Source: an uncultured Clostridia bacterium
GTDB taxonomy: Bacteria; Bacillota; Clostridia; Christensenellales; UBA1242
DNA: 48,304 bases
Direction: 5' to 3'
Assembly (NCBI GenBank): GCA_947598785.1
Contig: CANQFL010000002.1
Coordinates: forward strand, 1-48,304
Shown here: one piece after another, positions 41,561 to 48,304 of the stretch
How positions within the stretch are numbered: the first letter of the stretch is position 1
Layout of the letters: each line of letters starts with the position of its first letter
Position numbers and translations under genes: made by a program
The notes under the pieces: generated by a model
Told to the model about the DNA's origin: nothing
The model's database searches: none
Seen by the model: the letters and a program-made list of their open reading frames with translations, nothing else

Positions 41561-44239
41561 ATGAGAAGATTAAGACCAAAAAGAAAAAGAAAAACTCAAA
41601 TATTGCAAGAGCAACCTATAGTTCGTTATCAAACTGATAAGGAAATTGGTCTTTCTGAGGAACAAGTCAGTGAAAGGCTTGAACATAAACTTATTAATGA
41701 TACGAAAATCAAAACTTCAAACTCTTATCTTACTATAATTTGTAAAAATGTTTTTACTATATTCAATTTAATATGGTTCGTAATTGCGATTGCCCTTATG
41801 TGCGTATCTGCCTGGGGAGATTTGTTATTTTTGTTTGTAGTTATAGCTAATACTGCAATTTCTATCTTCCAAGAAATTAAAGCTAAAATTATGGTGGAAA
41901 AACTTTCTATGGTTTCTTCACCTAAAACAAGAGTGATAAGGACAGGAATACAAATTGAAGTTAATGGCGAAAATCTTTTACTAGATGACATTATAATTCT
42001 TGAAAATGGAAATCAAATTCCTGCTGACTGCGTTATTGTTGATGGAACTGTCGAAGCAAATGAAAGTCTTTTAACAGGTGAATCAAATGCAATCAAAAAA
42101 AGTGTTGGAGATACCCTCCTGGCAGGAAGTTTCTTAGTTAGTGGACTTTGTTATGCAAGAGTTGATAAAATTGGAAAAGAAAATTATATTCAAACTGTTG
42201 CTGAAAAAACAAAAGATTTTAAACCACAACAATCAAACTTATTTAAAGATTTGAATAGTTTAATAAAAATCATTATAACAATTTTAATTCCTATTGGAGT
42301 TTTAACATTCTGCAAAGAATACTTTTTGGCAAATGCAACAATCACTTCAGCAATAACAAGCACAAGTGGAGCTCTTACCGGTATGATTCCTGCAGGTATG
42401 TACCTCTTGATTACAGTAGGGCTTTCTGTTGGAGTAATAAAATTAGCTAAAAAGAAAACGTTAGTAAAAAATCTTTACTCTATTGAGATGTTAGCAAGGT
42501 CAAACGTATTATGTTTAGATAAAACAGGGACAATCACTGATGGAACAATGAATGTAATTGAAGTTTGCCCTCACAACAACACATCAATTGAACGAATTAA
42601 TGAAATAATGAAAACAGTGCTTTTTGCACAAAAAACCATGAATGCCACAAGCATTGCAATGACAGAATATTTCGGAAAAGAAGAAAACAATTTAGTTCAA
42701 AGTGTAGTAGAATTTTCATCATCAAGAAAATTCAGTGTAACTTCATTTAAAAATGGTAAAACTTATTATGTTGGTGCTGTTGGATTTATTAAATGTAATA
42801 TAAATACTGCAGTAAAAAATGAAATGAATTCATATATGGAAAAAGGTTATCGTGTTATATCATTAGTAGAAGATAATAATCCATATTCAGAAAAAATGGC
42901 AGGTAAAAGAGGAAAATTGCTCGCATTCTTCATACTTGAAGACCATATAAGAAAAGATGCTATAGAAACTATCTCTTGGTTTAAAGAAAATAATGTAAAA
43001 ATTAAAATAATTTCTGGCGATGATGCCTTAACCGTTTCAAAAATTGCTAAAAGAGTAGGCGTTGAAGATAGTGACAAATATATTTCATTAGAAAATATGA
43101 GTCTAACAGAAGTTGCACAAATAGCAAACAAATTCACAGTTTTCGGTCGTGTTACCCCTGAACAAAAACATACAATAATAAAAACATTAAAAACTCAAGG
43201 GAATGTAGTTGCAATGACCGGAGATGGAGTAAACGACACTCTTGCCCTTAAAGAAGCAAATTGTTCAATTGCAATGGCTGATGGAAGTGAAGTTGCAAGA
43301 AACATTTCTCACCTTGTCTTAATGGAAAGCAATTTCTCTGCACTCCCTGCGATAGTAAGAGAAGGTAGACAAATTGTAAATAATGTACAACATTCTTCAG
43401 TTTTATATCTAATGAAAACATTGTTTACAATGATGTTATGTGCAACTACGTTGGTTCTTAGAATAAGTTATCCATTTACACCAAAACAATTACTTCTACT
43501 TGAAATGTTTGTTATTGGAATTCCATCTTTTATATTGACTTTTCAACCGAATACAGAATTAATACGAGGGAATTTTATACCTCAGGTTTTGAAAAAATCA
43601 ATTCCATGTGCAATTTTAATGTATCTAAATATTTTAATAGTTATAATATTAAATGAAGTTTCAAATTCTTTATTACCAAATGAATTTACATCATTGTGTA
43701 CACTTTTACTAACTTTAGTTGGATTTATTAATTTAGTTTGGATTTGCTGGCCATTAAATTTATTAAAAGCAGTTTGTATTACCATCTCTGGAGTTTTCAT
43801 TATTTCAGTTCTTGCAGCATTACCAAGTTTCTTTGCAATAACCTCATTCTCTTTCCCTGTTATGACAACTCTTATCACACTTTTGATGTGCACAATAGTG
43901 ATTATAATAGGTCTATTCTATTTTAAAGAATGGCTTTTAAAACATAAAGTTGTTAATAACGTAAATGGTGAAGAAACAAATAAAGTTTCATTTTTGCAAA
44001 AAATTTTAGATAAATTAACAAAATCTAAAGATGAATCACAAAATATGCAAGAATACGAAAATAAAGAAAATGAAAAACAACAAAATACGAATGAGGAAAT
44101 AAAACCTCCTGAAAACATAAATTCTCAACCAACAAAAAAAACACAAACTAAATCTAAAACTTCAAATAATAAAGAAACTAAAACAACAAAAACAAACACA
44201 AGTAAGACAAAACAACCATCAAAAAAGACAGTTAAATAA
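41561..44239 (+). CDS. Cation-translocating P-type ATPase (HAD-IC, P2-like; substrate unknown) with a K/T-rich C-terminal tail
   Basis: TGES (LLTGESNAIKK), phosphorylation site CLDKTGTITDG, hinge MTGDGVNDTLALKEAN and about 10 TM segments. The TM4 motif reads IPAGM instead of PEGL. The last ~70 aa are low-complexity (KKTQTKSKTSNNKETKTTKTNTSKTKQPSKKTVK). Confidence 0.85.
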   Translation: MRRLRPKRKRKTQILQEQPIVRYQTDKEIGLSEEQVSERLEHKLINDTKIKTSNSYLTIICKNVFTIFNLIWFVIAIALMCVSAWGDLLFLFVVIANTAISIFQEIKAKIMVEKLSMVSSPKTRVIRTGIQIEVNGENLLLDDIIILENGNQIPADCVIVDGTVEANESLLTGESNAIKKSVGDTLLAGSFLVSGLCYARVDKIGKENYIQTVAEKTKDFKPQQSNLFKDLNSLIKIIITILIPIGVLTFCKEYFLANATITSAITSTSGALTGMIPAGMYLLITVGLSVGVIKLAKKKTLVKNLYSIEMLARSNVLCLDKTGTITDGTMNVIEVCPHNNTSIERINEIMKTVLFAQKTMNATSIAMTEYFGKEENNLVQSVVEFSSSRKFSVTSFKNGKTYYVGAVGFIKCNINTAVKNEMNSYMEKGYRVISLVEDNNPYSEKMAGKRGKLLAFFILEDHIRKDAIETISWFKENNVKIKIISGDDALTVSKIAKRVGVEDSDKYISLENMSLTEVAQIANKFTVFGRVTPEQKHTIIKTLKTQGNVVAMTGDGVNDTLALKEANCSIAMADGSEVARNISHLVLMESNFSALPAIVREGRQIVNNVQHSSVLYLMKTLFTMMLCATTLVLRISYPFTPKQLLLLEMFVIGIPSFILTFQPNTELIRGNFIPQVLKKSIPCAILMYLNILIVIILNEVSNSLLPNEFTSLCTLLLTLVGFINLVWICWPLNLLKAVCITISGVFIISVLAALPSFFAITSFSFPVMTTLITLLMCTIVIIIGLFYFKEWLLKHKVVNNVNGEETNKVSFLQKILDKLTKSKDESQNMQEYENKENEKQQNTNEEIKPPENINSQPTKKTQTKSKTSNNKETKTTKTNTSKTKQPSKKTVK

Positions 44240-44250
44240 CTGTCTTTTTT
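44224..44250. terminator. Bidirectional rho-independent terminator between the convergent ATPase and recD2 genes
   Basis: aaa-GACAGTT-aaat-AACTGTC-tttttttt: stem at 44227..44233 / 44238..44244, extendable through flanking A/T runs. It overlaps the ATPase TAA stop. Confidence 0.65.
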
Positions 44251-46485
44251 TTAAACTCCATAAATTTCATTCATTTTTTCATAAGCATTTTTAATTAGTC
44301 TTTTTAAATTTGTAAAACGAGTGGCTGTATATTTGTTTGAAACCATTCTATGCAAATATTGTTTTTCTCCAACTATAACAACCATTTTTTTTGCACGCGT
44401 AACAGCAGTATAAATCAAGTTTCTAGTTAAAATAATACTTGGTCCAGCAATAGCAGGTATTATAATCGTATCAAATTCAGAACCTTGACTTTTATGAATA
44501 GTAATTGCATAAGCAAGAGATAAGTCATACAAATCTACACTTGTATATAAACAAACTCTCCCATCTTCAAATTCAACAACTACTTCATTTGTTTGAGGGT
44601 CTATTGTAGAAATATAACCAATATCTCCATTAAATACACCTTTGCCTGTTTCAGTTGCCCATAAGCCTTGTTTTTTCCATTCCAAATCGTAATTATTTGT
44701 CATTTGCATCACTTTATCGCCCTCACGAAATATGGTTCTAATGAATTCAATTTGTCTTTTATCAGCACTTGGTGGATTTATACTTTCTTGCAAAACTTTA
44801 TTTAAATTTTCAATTCCACAAACACCAGCCTTTAATGGTGCAAGGACTTGAATTTGATTTGGTTCAATTCCTAAAAACTTAGGAAGCCTTTTTGAAACAA
44901 GTTCCAAAATAGAATCTTTAATAAGTTCTGGGTCATTTTTTGTTTCAAAGAAGAAATCTTTGCTAGAATTGTCAATAAGTGGCATTTTCCCCTCATTAAT
45001 AAGATGAGCATTTGTGATAATCAAACTTTTTTCTTCTTGTCTATATATTTTCGTCAAAGAGCAAACTTGAACTATTCCACTTGCCAAAATATCAGCAAGG
45101 ACATTTCCAGCACCAACACTAGGAAGTTGGTCTTTATCTCCAACTAAAATAAGTTTGCAATCTCTTGGCATAGCTTTAAGAAGAGAACACATCAATGCAA
45201 CATCAACCATTGACACTTCGTCAACAATAACAGCATTAGTTTTTAATGGATTTGACTCGTCATGAACAAAGAAACTTTGGTTGGATTGAATGGTATTAAC
45301 TTCCAAAAGTCTATGAATTGTTTTAGCTTCATGACCAGTGCTATCACTCATTCTTTTAGAAGCGCGACCTGTTGGAGCAACCAAGGAAACTTCCTTTTGC
45401 TGTGCTAAAAGAATTTCTAATATACACTTAATTATAGTTGTTTTTCCTGTTCCTGGCCCACCTGTAATTACACAGACGCCATTATTAATTGCTCCAACAA
45501 TAGCATTTCGCTGTTCATCATGAAATTTTATATTGTTTCTTTGTTCAAAATTTTCTATTTGTGAAGATAAATCCATTTGTTCATCTTTTTGTGTACAAGC
45601 AAGCCACACCAATCTTTGAGCAATAACATTTTCGTAATAATAATATTTAGAAAGCATTACAATTTCAGTACCATCGACCCAAGTTGAAACAACTGTTTTG
45701 TCAACACACATAGTTTCAAATGCATCGTCAAATTCTTTTGAATACTCACTATAATCAAGTTCAAGTGATTTAGATGCCATATCAAATAGCATATTTTTAG
45801 GTAAATAGGTATTTCCATTCTTTTCACAAGAAGTTTGTAGATTGTAAATCAAACCAGCTCTAACTCTAAAAACAGAATTTTTAGGAATACCAATATTCTG
45901 AGCAATTCTATCAGCAGTTAAAAAGCCAATTCCATCAATATCTTCAACAAGTTTATAAGGATTGTTTTTAACTATTTCTGCAGTTTTTTCATGGTAGATA
46001 TTGTAAATTTTAAGAGCCATATTAGGTGTAATATTATAATTTTGCAAAAATATGATAGTGTTTTGTACTTCTCTATGTTCCTTAAAAGAAAATCCTATTT
46101 CATAAGCCTTTTTCTCACTAATACCAGAAATTTGAGCAAGTTTTTGTGGAGAATACTCTAGCACGTCAAGTGTCTCTTCTCCAAAATGTTCAATAATTTT
46201 CTTTGCAGTAACAGGTCCTACCCCCTTAATCAAGCCACTACTAAGATATTTCTCAAGTCCAGCAATCGACTTTGGAACTGAAATTTCATAATTATCAAAA
46301 CAATATTGGACACCATATTTTGTTCTTTCAAATTTTCCTTCTAATTTGACTTCTGCACCAATTTGAACATCAATAAACTTACCCACAACAGTGATAAGTG
46401 AATCATCATGCTCTAATTTTGCAACTGTATATCCATTTTCATCATTTCTATAAACTATATCTTCAATTATGCCAGATAATGCCAT
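44251..46485 (-). CDS. recD2: ATP-dependent RecD-like DNA helicase (RecD2, SF1B, RecD/TraA family)
   Basis: Walker A ITGGPGTGKTT, LILVGDKDQLPSVGAGNVL, AITIHKSQGSEFD, an N-terminal OB-like region and HhH (GLIKGVGPVTAKKI). Confidence 0.9.
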   Translation of the reverse strand: MALSGIIEDIVYRNDENGYTVAKLEHDDSLITVVGKFIDVQIGAEVKLEGKFERTKYGVQYCFDNYEISVPKSIAGLEKYLSSGLIKGVGPVTAKKIIEHFGEETLDVLEYSPQKLAQISGISEKKAYEIGFSFKEHREVQNTIIFLQNYNITPNMALKIYNIYHEKTAEIVKNNPYKLVEDIDGIGFLTADRIAQNIGIPKNSVFRVRAGLIYNLQTSCEKNGNTYLPKNMLFDMASKSLELDYSEYSKEFDDAFETMCVDKTVVSTWVDGTEIVMLSKYYYYENVIAQRLVWLACTQKDEQMDLSSQIENFEQRNNIKFHDEQRNAIVGAINNGVCVITGGPGTGKTTIIKCILEILLAQQKEVSLVAPTGRASKRMSDSTGHEAKTIHRLLEVNTIQSNQSFFVHDESNPLKTNAVIVDEVSMVDVALMCSLLKAMPRDCKLILVGDKDQLPSVGAGNVLADILASGIVQVCSLTKIYRQEEKSLIITNAHLINEGKMPLIDNSSKDFFFETKNDPELIKDSILELVSKRLPKFLGIEPNQIQVLAPLKAGVCGIENLNKVLQESINPPSADKRQIEFIRTIFREGDKVMQMTNNYDLEWKKQGLWATETGKGVFNGDIGYISTIDPQTNEVVVEFEDGRVCLYTSVDLYDLSLAYAITIHKSQGSEFDTIIIPAIAGPSIILTRNLIYTAVTRAKKMVVIVGEKQYLHRMVSNKYTATRFTNLKRLIKNAYEKMNEIYGV

Positions 46486-46575
46486 AGAAATATTTTAAGA
46501 TTTTTTTTTAACAAAATCAAGCAAAATACAAACAAATATAATTTTATTTTTTTATAACTTTTTGTTTGAAAATAG

Positions 46576-46604
46576 TTGCAAAAAAAAGAATATTTTTATA
46601 TAAT
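46576..46604 (+). promoter_or_regulatory. Putative sigma-A promoter of marR, positioned for a leaderless or near-leaderless transcript
   Basis: TTGCAA (46576..46581)-17 nt-TATAAT (46599..46604). Only 6 nt (taaact) separate the -10 element from ATG 46611, and there is no SD sequence. Confidence 0.4.
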
Positions 46605-46610
46605 TAAACT

Positions 46611-46994
46611 ATGAAAAATGTTGAGATGCTGTTGGAAATTGAAGCCTTGACCGAAAACCTTACGAAGCACTTTGCGAATAACAATTTGTTAAAAATTAAG
46701 GTTCTTTATTTCATATCACAATATGAAAATTTATCTGTAAGTATGATAATCGAAAAATTAGGCCTAAAAAAATCCAATTTTGCACTCATGACAAAAGAAT
46801 TAGAAAATGAAGGACTTATTAGTTCAAAACAAGGAGAAATTGATAAACGATGTCGCCTTATGGCACTGACAGAAAAAGGAAAAAATGAGCTTGCATCATA
46901 TATGAAAAATTTAAAATCATTTTTTGAAGATTCAAACTCAAATATAGAGAATGCAGTAGAAACATTATGTCAATACTTGAATAAAAAAATATAA
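46611..46994 (+). CDS. MarR family transcriptional regulator
   Basis: wHTH segment LSVSMIIEKLGLKKSNFALMTKELENEGLISSKQGEIDKRCRLMALTEKGKNEL (MarR recognition helix and wing, D-R motif). Confidence 0.8.
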   Translation: MKNVEMLLEIEALTENLTKHFANNNLLKIKVLYFISQYENLSVSMIIEKLGLKKSNFALMTKELENEGLISSKQGEIDKRCRLMALTEKGKNELASYMKNLKSFFEDSNSNIENAVETLCQYLNKKI

Positions 46995-47013
46995 ATTCTT
47001 TAAAGGATAGAAT

Positions 47014-48304
47014 ATGAAATTTTACAATTCTTTAACAAAACGCAAAGAAGAATTTGTCCCTTTAAACGGCGATTCTGTAAAAATGTATGCGTGTGGAATA
47101 ACACCTTCTGCAGAAGCACATATAGGTCATCTTTATCAAGCGCTTATTTATGATATTATGCGTAAATTTCTTGAAAAAGAGGGATTCAAAGTTGTTTATG
47201 CAAGAAATTATACAGATATAGATGATAAGATTATAAATAAAGCAAACGAATTAAACATACCAGCCAAAGAATATGCAGAAGAAACTATCAAAAAAATTGA
47301 TTATGAGATGTCAGCATTTCAAATTGATGAGCCTAATATTTGGTTAAGAGCAACTGACAACATTAAAAATATTATAAATTTCATTTCAAAACTGATTGAT
47401 AAAGGATATGCTTATATAACAAAAAATGGAGATGTATATTTTTCTGTTGAACAGTTTAAGTCTTATGGGAAACTTTCTGGCAGAAATACTGATGATGCTT
47501 TAGAAAGTGTAAGAATTGAAAACGATGAAGAAAAAGAAAAACCTTTAGACTTTGCACTATGGAAATCAGCAAAACCTGGAGAACCATCTTGGGACTCTCC
47601 ATGGAGCAAAGGTCGCCCAGGTTGGCACATAGAATGTTCTGTTATGAACTATGTCACATTTGGTGACCAAATTGATATCCATGGAGGAGGAAGAGATTTA
47701 GTATTTCCACATCATGAAAATGAAATTGCTCAAACAGAAAGCTTAACAGGAAAACCATTTGTCAAATATTGGACTCACAATGGACTAATTCGTGTCAATG
47801 GACAAAAAATGAGCAAAAGTCTTGGAAATTCCTTGTTAATGAAAGATTTAAGAGAGAAATATCACATTGAAAGTGTAAAATTTGCATTACTCCAAAATTC
47901 TTATCATACAGACATAAATATTACTGATAATTTATTTCTAGATGCTGAAAAGCATTTGACAAATTTCTATAGAATACTCCAAGAAGCAAAAGAAAAATTT
48001 GGAAATTTTGAAGGAAAAGATGAGAATGTAGAAAAAGATTTTGATAATGCAATGAGAGATGATTTAAACACAGCAAAAGCTCTTTCATTTTTATTTAATA
48101 TTTTTAAAAATGCAAAAGATAAAATAAACAAGAATGATAAAACTGTTGTCAAAACCTTGAATAGTGTTATTAAAACATATTCTTTATTAGGTTTGTTTAA
48201 AGAAGATTTCTCTAAGTTTTTAAATTTTGTTGAAAAAAAGAAAGAAAACATACCTGAAGAAATAAAAACTCTTGCAGATGAACGCTGGAAAGCAAAGAAG
48301 AATA
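47014..48304 (+). CDS. cysS: Cysteine--tRNA ligase, N-terminal ~430 codons; the gene continues beyond the right edge
   Basis: Translation from ATG 47014 (AAGGA RBS) gives MKFYNSLTKRKEEFVPL...MYACGITPSAEAHIGH, then PGWHIECS, GGRDLVFPHHENEIAQ and KMSKSLGN. These are class I HIGH/KMSKS motifs plus CysRS-specific ones. The frame is open to the window end, so it is absent from the ORF track. Confidence 0.9.
   Translation, partial: MKFYNSLTKRKEEFVPLNGDSVKMYACGITPSAEAHIGHLYQALIYDIMRKFLEKEGFKVVYARNYTDIDDKIINKANELNIPAKEYAEETIKKIDYEMSAFQIDEPNIWLRATDNIKNIINFISKLIDKGYAYITKNGDVYFSVEQFKSYGKLSGRNTDDALESVRIENDEEKEKPLDFALWKSAKPGEPSWDSPWSKGRPGWHIECSVMNYVTFGDQIDIHGGGRDLVFPHHENEIAQTESLTGKPFVKYWTHNGLIRVNGQKMSKSLGNSLLMKDLREKYHIESVKFALLQNSYHTDINITDNLFLDAEKHLTNFYRILQEAKEKFGNFEGKDENVEKDFDNAMRDDLNTAKALSFLFNIFKNAKDKINKNDKTVVKTLNSVIKTYSLLGLFKEDFSKFLNFVEKKKENIPEEIKTLADERWKAKKN

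Noticed and set aside
46995-47013. T-box or other riboswitch leader upstream of cysS
   Set aside because: Only 19 nt separate the marR stop from the cysS start, far too short for a T-box (about 200-300 nt).
1-48304. Alternative genetic code (TGA = Trp, code 4), given the very low GC and Mollicutes-like look
   Set aside because: All conserved proteins (UvrB, RecD2, ATPase, CysRS, Pth, the Mfd fragments) translate intact with the standard bacterial code. Trp is encoded by TGG (e.g. NIWQL in the giant gene). TGA serves as the pth stop in an ATGA overlap.
1-48304. Mobile elements, prophage, integrative islands, CRISPR-Cas or known defence systems
   Set aside because: No integrase, transposase or recombinase, no terminal inverted repeats or tRNA attachment sites, no Cas/RM/abortive-infection signatures. 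The gene content is core housekeeping plus envelope functions.

Overview
Very AT-rich 48.3-kb chromosomal segment from a low-GC Bacillota (Firmicutes) genome. It is probably a clostridial-type endospore-forming lineage: it carries spoIIID with a sigma-E-like promoter, a SpoIIQ-like LytM protein, a SpoVB-like flippase and a DUF421/DUF4363 pair. The backbone is housekeeping: uvrB (partial), radC, acpP, mfd (split by a 1-nt frameshift), pth, cca, a P-type ATPase, recD2 and marR-cysS (partial). There are also envelope proteins (VanW, TVP38, UPF0104, LysM, lipoproteins). I saw no rRNA/tRNA genes, CRISPR arrays, transposases, integrases or recognisable defence genes. The outstanding feature is one uninterrupted 20,031-nt minus-strand ORF (2555..22585, 6,676 aa, about 41% of the window). 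It encodes a lipobox-anchored giant surface protein with three parts: beta-sandwich-like stretches I cannot name, at least six diverged GLUG-type (GG[LIVF][IVFA]G) beta-helix modules, and a glycine-rich plus aromatic-rich C-terminus. It has its own sigma-A-like promoter and strong RBS, and appears to be co-transcribed with radC. Secondary points are a degenerate GlmU relic, a divergent pair of membrane-anchored wHTH paralogs, palindromic back-to-back promoters, and a P-type ATPase with an altered TM4 ion-site motif. All calls come from reading translations and motifs by eye. No database search or computation was run.
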